Origin: Clostridia bacterium
GTDB taxonomy: Bacteria; Bacillota; Clostridia; UMGS1883
DNA length: 64,000 bases
NCBI GenBank assembly: GCA_051866635.1
Contig: JBJDXJ010000063.1
Coordinates: 9,867-73,866 of the forward strand
Direction: 5' to 3'
Below the pieces are notes generated by a model. That model was not told the origin of the DNA and did not search any database. It saw only the letters and a program-made list of their open reading frames with translations. Position numbers and translations under genes: made by a program. Below are positions 30,801-39,716 of this stretch, in pieces. The stretch's first letter is position 1. Every line of letters starts with the position of its first letter.

Positions 30801-32022
30801 TTTTAGATAAATTACTTGCAAAATTTCTAACACTGTTATAATACGTGTTGCTTTCTTTTTCGTTATATTCATCTGATTCATGATAACATATCGCCAAATT
30901 CACCAACAATCTTGGTTCGGATAAATGCAATTCCAGCTCTTTATTTGTCTCACCGATTATTCCATCAGCTAATTTTATCAGTTCAGCACAAAAATCTGCG
31001 GAATTAATATTCACGAATTGTCCCTTAGTTGTTTTAATTAAAGCCTCATAGCCGCTTAAATATCTGCTATTTCCGATTACAGATGTCATTATATTTTCTT
31101 CATATAATAAATCGGCAATTTCTTGCATGGAAGAGTATCCTCTTGTATTATTAACCTTACAACCGGCATCAGTCAAAATAAAAGCAAACTTGTTTGCTGT
31201 AGACCGCCAATTCATGCCATCTTGGTAAAGCAATGAGTCAAGTGCATCAATCGGAGTTTCATCAAGATCACCACCACCTGCAACTGTAACATTACCTAAT
31301 GTTTCGATTAATTCATCGGTTGTATTGTGCCATGGCGAATAATGAATATAGTGACCTTTAGTCGAATTAACCCCATCAACATCTATATCTCTATATTCCA
31401 CTACGCTCATACGAAGATCTAACCCTTGCTTTTCAAGATGTTTAGCAAACTCTGTGATGTTATTCTTTACATTATTTATACTTCCGCTCATAGAACTTGT
31501 TGTGTCAATTACAAATGCCAAATCTACATCTTTGCTATTTCCGACAGGAAGTTTTCTACCTAGCCAATTGCCATTGGAATCTATAGTCTCAGAATGCAAT
31601 TCTAATTGCATTCTCGGTTCATTGTACAAGGAAAAAAGTGCATCTCTATTACCACCATCTATACCATCGCCAATACCACTTCCACTTGCAACTACTTTTT
31701 GAGCTGAAAATGTAAGTTTTGACCGTTCTTCCTCGCTGTATCCCGACAAATCAAATTCGGCATATCCTTCGCTATCTGTGGTATCAGAGGTTACCCAACT
31801 AACATCATCACCTTTCAGACCTTGACCTTTATACATATTTACTGTTGCACCTTTTATCGGCACTCTGTATTTTTCATCATCCGAAGGTGCATCTTTTGGA
31901 GTAGCAGTAACCTTAATTTTAACAATGTCATCATCACTTTTTGCCGATGCCGTAAAAGTAAAAGCAGAAGTCAATGACAAAATCATACATATTGTTAAAA
32001 ATAGACTTATAAACTTCTTCAT
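27859..32022 (-). CDS. Large S-layer-anchored multidomain protein: vWA domain, M64-like zinc-metallopeptidase motif, FN3/Big_2 Ig-like domains, thrombospondin-type-3-like Ca-binding repeats, C-terminal 3x SLH
   Basis: Signal peptide. vWA MIDAS motif DLAFVIDTTSSMSGS. HEAGHYIIGLFDDY, which fits the HExxHxxxGxxDEY pattern I recall for peptidase family M64 (from memory, not checked). DRDGDGIPDW/DDDKDGLTNLEEY acidic repeats. Big_2-like VKSVSLSDSSISL...KWYVDDSSVATV. Three C-terminal SLH repeats. Confidence 0.65.
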   Translation of the reverse strand: MKKFISLFLTICMILSLTSAFTFTASAKSDDDIVKIKVTATPKDAPSDDEKYRVPIKGATVNMYKGQGLKGDDVSWVTSDTTDSEGYAEFDLSGYSEEERSKLTFSAQKVVASGSGIGDGIDGGNRDALFSLYNEPRMQLELHSETIDSNGNWLGRKLPVGNSKDVDLAFVIDTTSSMSGSINNVKNNITEFAKHLEKQGLDLRMSVVEYRDIDVDGVNSTKGHYIHYSPWHNTTDELIETLGNVTVAGGGDLDETPIDALDSLLYQDGMNWRSTANKFAFILTDAGCKVNNTRGYSSMQEIADLLYEENIMTSVIGNSRYLSGYEALIKTTKGQFVNINSADFCAELIKLADGIIGETNKELELHLSEPRLLVNLAICYHESDEYNEKESNTYYNSVRNFASNLSKNLAQATDGHLMVNKVLLGKTDRIESFFTSSTSSSSYANMSDIKIVGDRKGSAREWSYVDSDGKTYWFKPLNITQNAYTGGFYTDLLIDASLSSFKNLGKEVAERLENNYSEFERIQLSAYVNYSGNEYNIDEDTEKWSKVATHEAGHYIIGLFDDYLSAFLDGEGNEVMWGNTYSDSNGQTLTYRDAPNSDYGLMDNNLLNGSNDIEISSDRDYLYLNNDYDNREINTAHSFNHKKSAERVFADFLEKGVAYTNDTEDYLYKNVFNISYKSKYSISKADRLADYGFASLSDDDYIWYESGNTSNIVSSTIAETSTNSISAENILFKNSITATTNGVVYKSPYDELHAYFIPDKETTYTISSYDKQLLFDEYFGVNLPFVISSSNEVNTQGELLSTASIGSDIDYSTISWFKIVDDVWAKLDTTLEKEESMNIRAYCDYDGDGTYVLMAKLASDEELQAVTNLDYTNPKDRDSIVELTFDDLNADTVYYNIYYSDKKFSSINDKDVVMEKRYAGSDSYSIDLGERNATGYAAVVAIAENGAKSELSEVIRITTSEADRDGDGIPDWYCDKYSLWPESGEEKDIANSDDDKDGLTNLEEYKGGSDPTDPNDPRKTSKTAVKSVSLSDSSISLSPGGSSVVTAKLNPSDATNKNVKWYVDDSSVATVSVVGLSCDILGIKEGTTKVTVVTEDGGYTDSVTVKVSISSSSVSFKPSGKDYYVLKDVAVSNGYEYFDYPEKKSANIRSASYILAFQDNNKVVSYKTVLGDTGILELDKVVYEYGGKLYVSAIDLQTKLVKYFPNFPTSTPSTWAEAEVARAINSGLVTDSVKVNYQRNITREQFCELVVKLYERTTGKTVSKEDNRFNDTNNPEILKAYNLGIVNGVSKTKFAPYNLVTRQEICAMLVRAVDAMYPNVDINDYQYHSFSDNDKISSWAMPSVQFAYDNDIMKGVGANEILPLGNTTCEQAILLINRIYESKSKFE

Positions 32023-32064
32023 ATATGTCCTCCTTTTCTTTTAGAATTTTCATTATGCGAAAAC

Positions 32065-34119
32065 TTAATTTCCAAACAAATCCGATTGTGTAAATATTCT
32101 CTGTGCCAAAATAATAGCCTGTTCTCTTGTTGCACTTGCATAACCTGATGCTTCTTGTTGAGAAGTTGTGTTTTTAGGTGCAAAATGAGTATCGCTTACA
32201 CCTTTAATAATACCATATTTAGACATGAAGTAAACAGATGGTTTTGCCCAAGTGGATATTTCATTATCATCAGCAAAAAGCTTAACGCCATCGGTCTGCA
32301 TATAGTATTCATTATCCGTAGCCATTGTCCAATTCGGAAAACTGTATTTTTTTATAACTCTGCAAAGCATTGTTGCAAGCTGCTCTCTATTTATAAAACT
32401 CAAAGGCTCATAAGTAGTGGTTGATGTACCCTGTGCCACTTCAATCTGATATGCTTTCTTAATTGCTTTTTCGTTATCATCGTATTGTATGTCAGTAAAT
32501 GTACAAGAAGGTGATTCCTCAACGCTTCTTTTTGCCAAAACTTCATAAAGTTGAACTGCAATAGCAGCGAACTCACCTCTGTTAACCTTTTTAGTCAAGT
32601 CAAAACCAATCATCACTTCCGGAATAAGATCATTTTCAAAAGCTTCTTCAATTTCAGGAGCTGCCCATGTTGATGTGGTAGAACCAAATGATGTAACAAC
32701 CGTCTGTTTATTATTTCCGCTATCATCAATTTTTGCAAATTTCCAACCGCTATTTTCCTCTAAAACTGCAAGCACAGTCGCACCAGGAATTATTGCTTCG
32801 TATTCTATTGGAATTATCTCATTCCCATTTTTGTCAACAATTCCTTCGTATCCATCTTTTGATACTACGAAATAATCTTTGTTAAACAATTCTATTGAAT
32901 TATACTGCATGGGTAAAATAATTTTTCCGTTTGAATTAATTAATCCAACAGTGTAAACATCATCTTTGTACTTATTTAATTTGTATAAATCATCTGTTAT
33001 CCAATCATTATTCAATAAGTCTTTTCCGCGTATTTCTCTCGGTTGCTCGATTGGCAAAACAACATTTCCAGTCATGTCAATCAAACCATAAAGCCCATCT
33101 TTTTGCACTGCAAATAAATTTTCAGAAAAAACTTCTATGCTATCATAAACTAATGGAACAATAATTTCATTATTACTGTTCATTGCACCGTGTTTATCAT
33201 TATCCTCAATAAAAATCAAATTTTTATCTGAAGAATTAATTTCTGAAATATAGTATTTACTTTCACTGATGCAATTTCCATTTAAGTCATATAAATAATC
33301 TTTTTTGTCAAATGTATAGCAATTAACTATATTGTTAGCAACAGAACCTACCCACTTATACTCAAATGGAATAATGGTATTGTTATTTGTATCAATAAGC
33401 CCCCATTGTCCAGACTTTTCTGCAGAAAATATGTTATCTTTAATGAAATTAATGCTTTCATATTCTGTTGGAATAATCACATTAGCATTATAATCGGCTA
33501 TGCCGCACAATCCGTTTTGAGTTATACGAATATATTTATCAGTATTGTACAAGGAATCTATTTCTTCGTAGTTTTCTAAAATAATGTTTCCATTGTTATC
33601 AAGAATGCGATACATACCATTTTTTCTTGCAACAATATAATTATTACTTGTACCTAACTTATCCATCCACTCATAACCTAAAGGAATAATCCAGTTTCCA
33701 TTTAAGTCCATAAGACCTTCTGCATCATTTTTTATCACTCTAATTCTACTTCCGTTAAGAATAGCCATGTTGTCTCCCCAACTAGCATCATATTCTATCG
33801 GAATAATCACATTTCCAGAAGTATCAAGAACACCTGTAAAATCGCCATCTATTACGCATACTAAATTCTCATTCATAGTCCAAAGCCTGTCATAAATGGC
33901 AGGAATCACAATTTTACCATATTGATTAACAAGTCCAGTTTTGTCACCATCCTCAAACGAAAAAAAGTCGCTGTTTGTACTCGAAGATGAAGATACTAAT
34001 GTGTAATCATATTGAGATTCGTTTGTCCAATCAAAAGTTGCTGCACTTACATTAATAGATGTAGTTGTAAGTAAAGTTACGCATATAAAGATTAATACTG
34101 TATTTAGGGTTTTTTTCAT
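32065..34119 (-). CDS. Secreted WG-repeat (KWG-like) protein with C-terminal triple SLH module
   Basis: Signal peptide. About 10 repeats of the G.(V/I)IP..YD....(F/W)..G.A pattern typical of WG-containing repeats. C-terminal 200 aa are near-identical to the downstream paralogue. Confidence 0.6.
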   Translation of the reverse strand: MKKTLNTVLIFICVTLLTTTSINVSAATFDWTNESQYDYTLVSSSSSTNSDFFSFEDGDKTGLVNQYGKIVIPAIYDRLWTMNENLVCVIDGDFTGVLDTSGNVIIPIEYDASWGDNMAILNGSRIRVIKNDAEGLMDLNGNWIIPLGYEWMDKLGTSNNYIVARKNGMYRILDNNGNIILENYEEIDSLYNTDKYIRITQNGLCGIADYNANVIIPTEYESINFIKDNIFSAEKSGQWGLIDTNNNTIIPFEYKWVGSVANNIVNCYTFDKKDYLYDLNGNCISESKYYISEINSSDKNLIFIEDNDKHGAMNSNNEIIVPLVYDSIEVFSENLFAVQKDGLYGLIDMTGNVVLPIEQPREIRGKDLLNNDWITDDLYKLNKYKDDVYTVGLINSNGKIILPMQYNSIELFNKDYFVVSKDGYEGIVDKNGNEIIPIEYEAIIPGATVLAVLEENSGWKFAKIDDSGNNKQTVVTSFGSTTSTWAAPEIEEAFENDLIPEVMIGFDLTKKVNRGEFAAIAVQLYEVLAKRSVEESPSCTFTDIQYDDNEKAIKKAYQIEVAQGTSTTTYEPLSFINREQLATMLCRVIKKYSFPNWTMATDNEYYMQTDGVKLFADDNEISTWAKPSVYFMSKYGIIKGVSDTHFAPKNTTSQQEASGYASATREQAIILAQRIFTQSDLFGN

Positions 34120-34154
34120 ATAAAATTCCTCTCGCTCTATTGTTGTATACTCAA

Positions 34155-35591
34155 TTAGTTCCCAAACATATTGCCTTTTTCAAATATTCTTTTTGCAAGA
34201 ATAATCGCCTGTTCTCTTGTTGCACTTGCATAACCCGATGCTTCTTGTTGAGAAGTTGTATTTTTAGGTGCAAAATGAGTATCGCTTACACCTTTAATGA
34301 TACCATTCTTTGACATGAAGTATACAGACGGTTTTGCCCAATCAGAGATTTCATTGTCGTCAGCAAATAATGTAGCATCATCAATATTCAAATCATATTG
34401 CGAATCTGTTGCCATTGTCCAATTAGGATAACTATATTTTTTGATAACTCTGCAAAGCATTGTTGCAAGCTGTTCTCTATTAATATTGCTAAGCGGTTCA
34501 TATGTTGTTGAAGATGTGCCTTGAGCTACTTCTATTTGATATGCTTTCTTAATTGCTTTTTCATTGTCATCATAATGAATATCAGCAAAAGTGCAGTTCT
34601 TTGATTCTTCAACACTTCTTTTTGCCAATGTTTCATACAACTGAACAGCAATTGCTGCAAATTCGCCTCTGTTGACTTTTTTTGTTAAGTCAAAATCGAG
34701 CATAACTTCGGGTATAAGATCGTTTTCAAAAGCCTCTTCAATTTCAGGGGCTGCCCATGTTGATACTTGAGCACCAAAAGATGTAGTTACAACTTCATTA
34801 CTATTTTTATTGTCAGTTGCAAATACTATTTTAGAATTTAACACGCCATCATAAAATGGTACCGGATATAAGTGTACATAATATGTACCAGGTCCCATAT
34901 GAGCAGTAATTGTGCATTTTGATGCTTCAACGCTGATACAGTCACTAAATGATGATTTATTCCCTCCTGCAATTAAGTCTTCTTCTGTATATAGCTCAGA
35001 TATAAAACATCCAATATTTGATGTACGCATAGTGTATGTGTATTTAAACTGTTCATCAGGAACTACTAACTTATACCATTTGTTATCATTCATTGAACTA
35101 AACTTTACTGTGTGTTCTTCGTTCAAGCCAATTTTAGTTGCATTCTCCCAGCCGGAAATGTTATTCGCAACTGTTCTTAATCTTATCTTTAATGTTTTAT
35201 TTCTTAAGCTTGCATTTTCAGAATTATTATAATCGAATTTTATATAACTCGAATCTATATTATCAATGTGAGGAACACTTATGTAGCCTGGTATAGAACT
35301 TACATTGTTTTGTGTCAGATGAACATAATTTCCTTTAGTGAATACATAATACTGCATAGCACCGCTATAATTGTCTGCTGAAACTTCAAATACGGTTGTT
35401 GTGTCTTTTTTTGAAACATCAATCTTAAAAAACAGATTTGAATCAAAATCGAATTCTGTCCATACATTTTCTGTAAGTAAAACTGCATTATTGTATTCGT
35501 TATCATTAAAACTTGATCCATTTGCCGATACAATTAATGTCCCTAAAAGCATAATCATCATAACTATTAATGCACTTGTAATTTTTTTCAT
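34155..35591 (-). CDS. Secreted protein with beta-rich N-terminal domain and C-terminal triple SLH module (paralogous tail to 32065..34119)
   Basis: Signal peptide. The C-terminal SFGAQVSTWAAPEIEEAF...FGN segment is nearly identical in protein and DNA to the neighbouring gene. Confidence 0.6.
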   Translation of the reverse strand: MKKITSALIVMMIMLLGTLIVSANGSSFNDNEYNNAVLLTENVWTEFDFDSNLFFKIDVSKKDTTTVFEVSADNYSGAMQYYVFTKGNYVHLTQNNVSSIPGYISVPHIDNIDSSYIKFDYNNSENASLRNKTLKIRLRTVANNISGWENATKIGLNEEHTVKFSSMNDNKWYKLVVPDEQFKYTYTMRTSNIGCFISELYTEEDLIAGGNKSSFSDCISVEASKCTITAHMGPGTYYVHLYPVPFYDGVLNSKIVFATDNKNSNEVVTTSFGAQVSTWAAPEIEEAFENDLIPEVMLDFDLTKKVNRGEFAAIAVQLYETLAKRSVEESKNCTFADIHYDDNEKAIKKAYQIEVAQGTSSTTYEPLSNINREQLATMLCRVIKKYSYPNWTMATDSQYDLNIDDATLFADDNEISDWAKPSVYFMSKNGIIKGVSDTHFAPKNTTSQQEASGYASATREQAIILAKRIFEKGNMFGN

Positions 35592-35731
35592 TTTATTTTT
35601 CTTCCTTTCGTTTTAGATGTTTTTATTTGTCATATTATTGTGCCATTTGAGACGTACATTTTGTGGTCCTATTTTATCTTTTAAACCGCCGCACCAGAAA
35701 TTCCCCTTAAATTCCGCTAAAACTCTTTCCT

Positions 35732-37240
35732 TTAATATGTAAGTTTGACTATTTCTGTTTTGTCATCTGCGAAGAAATTCAAATAATGACCTCGCATCCT
35801 CTCAGGTGCTTCAATTTTAAGTTCAACGGTTTTTGTGGAAAAATGACCCACGCACACATTCTTAGTTACTGTTGCAACTAAGTTTGACTGATAATCGTAA
35901 AGCTCCATAGTAACATCAACTTCTGTTTCACATTCGCCTGACTGAACTTCAACTTTGCCGATTATTTCATCGCCTTCGTCTATGCCGTCCAAATCGGTAT
36001 GGCTGACAATTTTTGCAAGGTAATTAAACTCCTCACCTTCTGTAACACCTTCCAGTGTGGGCTTGGTTTTAATAATTCTTCCGTTGTTGTCAAACTTGAA
36101 TTCATCTATGCAAAGCTCACGGTGAACACCGTAATAATCGCTTTCATCCCCTTCAAAGTGTGCCGGGAAATTAAATCTGTGATACATAACATACCACTTA
36201 TCAGTATTTGGAACATTTATAATTGTATGGTGACCTGTCCCGTAAATGCCCTTTGCCTCATCTTTTTCAATAAGGATTTCGTTACCGATAATAGGTCCTA
36301 ACGGATTGTCGGAATAACCCCATCTTACATGGTAGTTTTTATTTCTTGTATCATCCTCTGCCCATGTAAAATAATATACGCCCTTACGGTAGAAAATGTG
36401 GGCACCTTCACGGAAGTTGGGAGGTGTAATACACAAAGGTTCGCCCTTTAAACTTATCATATCGCTTCCAAGCTCACAAACCCACATGCTTCCGTTACCC
36501 CAATAAAGGTAACTTCTGCCCGTTTCAGGGTCGGTAAACACTGCCGGGTCAATAACCTGACCGGGGTAGTGCATTTCCTTTTCCTCTCCGTCCTCCAATG
36601 TAATTTTCATTGTATCATATACAATGGGGTGACCCAAGGGGTCAACATATTTTCCTGTAGGTGTATCACATACACTAACGCCCACAGCCTTTCCCACATT
36701 GCGTTCAAACTTGTCTGTATTTGCACTGTAATAGTAATAATATTTTCCGTTTTTCTTAATAATACAAGGTGCCCATGCGTTGCCATCAGACCATGAAACG
36801 TCCTTTTTAAGGTCTAAAATAACACCTTCGTCTGTCCAATTGACCAAATCGGGGGAAGAAAATGCCTTGAAATAGTATCCGCCCCAGCCGTCAAAGCCGT
36901 CACTTGTGGGGTACACATAATATTTTCCGTCAAAAACATCAGCCTCGGCATCGGCAAAATAGCCGTACTCACCTACGATGGAATTTCCCCATTCCAACAT
37001 GGCAACTGTCCATTCTTCGCTTTCACCGTTTTTTGTAAAAAGGTACTTTACAGTATTATCCTTTTCCACATGGCCTTTCTTTTCCCAGTTCACGCCCTCT
37101 TCCGCATCGAAAAAGAGCTCCACATTGTCCAATGCTGTACCTGGCACAACAGGCACAACAATATAGTTCTGGCTTGAATCTATAATTGCGTTATACTTCT
37201 TTACCTTATCGCCGTAAACGGAATTAATTTTTATAGCCAT
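35732..37240 (-). CDS. Glycoside hydrolase family 43 protein with C-terminal beta-sandwich extension
   Basis: YVYPTSDG...AWAPCIIKKNGKYYYYYSA...GHHT GH43 five-bladed propeller signatures. 502 aa. Confidence 0.75.
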   Translation of the reverse strand: MAIKINSVYGDKVKKYNAIIDSSQNYIVVPVVPGTALDNVELFFDAEEGVNWEKKGHVEKDNTVKYLFTKNGESEEWTVAMLEWGNSIVGEYGYFADAEADVFDGKYYVYPTSDGFDGWGGYYFKAFSSPDLVNWTDEGVILDLKKDVSWSDGNAWAPCIIKKNGKYYYYYSANTDKFERNVGKAVGVSVCDTPTGKYVDPLGHPIVYDTMKITLEDGEEKEMHYPGQVIDPAVFTDPETGRSYLYWGNGSMWVCELGSDMISLKGEPLCITPPNFREGAHIFYRKGVYYFTWAEDDTRNKNYHVRWGYSDNPLGPIIGNEILIEKDEAKGIYGTGHHTIINVPNTDKWYVMYHRFNFPAHFEGDESDYYGVHRELCIDEFKFDNNGRIIKTKPTLEGVTEGEEFNYLAKIVSHTDLDGIDEGDEIIGKVEVQSGECETEVDVTMELYDYQSNLVATVTKNVCVGHFSTKTVELKIEAPERMRGHYLNFFADDKTEIVKLTY

Positions 37241-37250
37241 AGCTTACTCC

Positions 37251-37706
37251 TTATTTACACAAATCGGCAACCACCTGATTTATAACACTGCCGTCAGCCT
37301 TGCCCTTAAGGGTACCCATAACATTTTTCATAATCATACCCTTGTTCTTTGTGGCAACAACCTCACTAAAATCCTTAAGAAGGATTTCTTTTACCTCCTC
37401 TGCACTAAGAAGCTTAGGTGCATACTTGGCTATAACATCATATGTTGCCTGATACTGTTCTTTTAAGTCGCTTCTTGATTCGGGGCATGTGTCAATCTGT
37501 TCCTTTATTGTTTTAAGTTCCTTCAAAATAACCTTATCGCAAAGTTCAGGTGTAATATTGTCCCTTACGCCTTCATCTATCGCAACCTTTTTAATTGCGG
37601 CAATAAGGCTTGAAATTGCGTCTTTCGTTGTCTTATCGTGGGCTTTCATTGCCAAAATCATATCCTGCTGAAGTGCTTTAAATTCCATTTTTATACTCCC
37701 TTTCAA
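37251..37706 (-). CDS. GatB/YqeY domain-containing protein
   Basis: About 150 aa with a YqeY-like helical N-terminus (ALQQDMILAMKAHDK...LKELKTIKE). The true start is possibly the MEFKAL Met 6 codons in. Confidence 0.7.
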   Translation of the reverse strand: MKGSIKMEFKALQQDMILAMKAHDKTTKDAISSLIAAIKKVAIDEGVRDNITPELCDKVILKELKTIKEQIDTCPESRSDLKEQYQATYDVIAKYAPKLLSAEEVKEILLKDFSEVVATKNKGMIMKNVMGTLKGKADGSVINQVVADLCK

Positions 37707-37795
37707 AATATTATTATTGGTATTATATCACTTTCCCATTCTACAGTCAACGAATTTTGCATATGTATAAATCGTAAAAAAAATCCCCTAAAGTA

Positions 37796-37824
37796 TTGAC
37801 ATATACATACAGATGGGTTATAAT
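37796..37824 (+). promoter_or_regulatory. Consensus sigma-A promoter TTGACA-17-TATAAT driving the Mn riboswitch/mntP
   Basis: TTGACAtatacatacagatgggtTATAAT directly upstream of the riboswitch. Confidence 0.7.
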
Positions 37825-37830
37825 TTCCCT

Positions 37831-37995
37831 CTGTGAGGGAGTAGCAAGCGTACTTTTACGTAGCAAGTCAACATACTGGGCTGACGCTCTGGCTTGTTTT
37901 AAATTGCGAGACTCATGTGTAACTGTGAAGCTATGCATGGAGTCTGTCCTTTTGTAAGTCACCAAGCATGGTTTTCACCGTGCTTGTTTTTTTTC
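37831..37995 (+). ncRNA. yybP-ykoY family Mn2+ riboswitch with intrinsic terminator, leader of mntP
   Basis: GAGGGAGUAGC near the 5' end matches the conserved GGGGAGUAGC core; AGACUCAUG...CAUGGAGUCUGUC 3' half. Terminator CAAGCAUGG-UUUUCA-CCGUGCUUG plus U8 at 37963..37994. Gene context is the Mn exporter mntP. Confidence 0.65.
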
Positions 37996-38019
37996 ATTTA
38001 GATACTGGAGGAAATAGAG

Positions 38020-38601
38020 ATGAATTTTGGATTTGCATTAATTATCAACAGCGTACTTTTAGGCATAGGACTTGCAATGGATGCCTTTTCGGTATCTCTC
38101 GCAAACGGACTTAACGAACCTATGATGCGTAAGCGTAAAATGTGTGCCATTGCGGGCACCTTCGGTTTTTTTCAGGCGTTGATGCCTATGATAGGTTGGT
38201 TCTGTATCCATACCATAGTCCAATATTTTCAGACCTTTGAAAAGTTTATTCCATGGATTGCACTTATACTTTTAGGTTATATAGGCACAAGTATGCTTTA
38301 TGAGGGCATAAAGGGCGATGAAGCGTGCGAAAAGCCAAGAGTAGGCATCTTAGCCCTTCTTGTACAGGGCATCGCAACAAGCATTGACGCTCTTTCCGTA
38401 GGCTTTACAATTGCCGATTATGATTTGTTTTCTGCACTTTTTGCATCACTTATTATTGCCCTTGTCACCTTCATAATATGTATGGTAGGTCTCTTAATAG
38501 GAAGAAAAATGGGTACCTGTCTTGCAAATAAGGCAAGCATTTTAGGCGGTGTAATTCTAATCTTTATAGGTATTGAAATATTCATATCGAATATATTCTG
38601 A
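38020..38601 (+). CDS. mntP: Manganese efflux pump MntP
   Basis: 193 aa, six transmembrane helices, conserved LAMDAFSVS and ...SIDALSVGF motifs. Confidence 0.85.
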   Translation: MNFGFALIINSVLLGIGLAMDAFSVSLANGLNEPMMRKRKMCAIAGTFGFFQALMPMIGWFCIHTIVQYFQTFEKFIPWIALILLGYIGTSMLYEGIKGDEACEKPRVGILALLVQGIATSIDALSVGFTIADYDLFSALFASLIIALVTFIICMVGLLIGRKMGTCLANKASILGGVILIFIGIEIFISNIF

Positions 38602-38614
38602 TAACGAGAAAAAT

Positions 38615-38777
38615 GGGCTGTAAAAAAGTCAACACTGAGATAACAAAAAGACCATTTCGGGACTGTCCCAACAAAACCTCGCAAGGTTTCTTTGGCAAAT
38701 TGTCTCCCAATTTGCCATAAGGGGGACTGTCCCAAATGGTCTTAATTTATTTCTTTAGAGACTTTTTTTACAGCCTC
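38615..38777. repeat. Copy C of the structured intergenic repeat
   Basis: GGGCTGTAAAAAAGTC...GACTTTTTTTACAGCC terminal inverted repeats with the same core as copies A and B. The track ORF 38418..38735 across it is spurious. Confidence 0.85.
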
Positions 38778-38822
38778 TTTTTGTGTAAAGTATTTACGAG
38801 ACAGATGATATATTAGAAATTA

Positions 38823-38858
38823 AAAAGGTTACGGTTTTGATTTTCCGTAACCTTTTTA
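38823..38858. terminator. Bidirectional hairpin terminator between mntP region and small zinc-ribbon gene
   Basis: Perfect 11-bp stem AAAGGTTACGG/CCGTAACCTTT with A/T runs on both sides. Confidence 0.6.
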
Positions 38859-38860
38859 AA

Positions 38861-39034
38861 TTACTGTGCAGGTTTTACTGCATTTGCTCCACATGAAGGG
38901 CAAAGATTATCTGCTCTATACACCTTATCAGGATATTTCTTTGCTCTTAAACAATGAATGCACCATGTAGAACCACACTTACTACAGCGGAACATATTTG
39001 CTCCCGAAGTTTTACATAAAGGACAATATGCCAT
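38861..39034 (-). CDS. Small zinc-ribbon protein (4x CxxC)
   Basis: MAYCPLCK...CSKCG...CIHC...CPSCG, 57 aa. AGAGGTG RBS 6 nt upstream. The track's 39052 start lies upstream of the RBS. Confidence 0.55.
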   Translation of the reverse strand: MAYCPLCKTSGANMFRCSKCGSTWCIHCLRAKKYPDKVYRADNLCPSCGANAVKPAQ

Positions 39035-39221
39035 AAAAATCACCTCTTGCATTTTATTATTATAACGCTGATAACAGTAATTATTTTAACATTGGCATTT
39101 TTTCTGCAACAATATCACTAAAATATTTCGCTACAACATCTTTCTGTTATTATTTTTATTATCTCGTTTCTACAATTTCTAACGAAAATTCACACAGTGC
39201 AGCATTGAGCTGCGTTTCTAA

Positions 39222-39698
39222 TTATTCTGCTTCGGCTTGTGTAAAATCACCATTTATCGTGCATGAATCAGTATTTATTTCTTGCGTAATATGCGGAGCA
39301 AAAATGACGTTATCATCTATCGTAATCTGAATATAATTATTGGGGATTGATATTTGCGAAACTTCGTATGTGGCTTGTTTGAATTTGTCTTGTCCTTGTT
39401 TTGTGAAATTCAATTTGATGTAATAACTATCGCTTTCATCTTGTCCTGCACTTACCGCACTTATATCATTTCCTGTTAGCAGAATATTATTTTTATAATC
39501 CGTAAATTTAAGAGCCTTATCGGAAAAATTCAACATTTCCGCCATCTGTGTAATATTGTCCTGCATGGGTAATGTAACTTCAATTTTATCATCACCTTTT
39601 ATTTCTGTCTTCGCATTGACAAATCCTAAGTTTTTCAGATAATCCATATGTTTTTCTTTCGCTGTTTGTATATCATTTTGGGGATTGTCGGAATGCAA
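39222..39698 (-). CDS. Orphan SecD-head (P1 domain)-like protein, no signal peptide, no RBS; possible frameshifted fragment
   Basis: Similarity to the SecD periplasmic head (…IEVTLP…, …VIFAPHITQEI..GDFTQAEAE). Starts 19 nt after the stop of the upstream lipoprotein gene, in a different frame, with no Shine-Dalgarno. Confidence 0.35.
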   Translation of the reverse strand: MHSDNPQNDIQTAKEKHMDYLKNLGFVNAKTEIKGDDKIEVTLPMQDNITQMAEMLNFSDKALKFTDYKNNILLTGNDISAVSAGQDESDSYYIKLNFTKQGQDKFKQATYEVSQISIPNNYIQITIDDNVIFAPHITQEINTDSCTINGDFTQAEAE

Positions 39699-39716
39699 CT
39701 TATAAACAATAGTAGT

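Noticed and set aside
38418-38735. 105-aa ORF on minus strand
   Set aside because: It runs through the structured intergenic repeat copy C and the end of mntP. There is no RBS and the sequence repeats at the DNA level in non-coding contexts.
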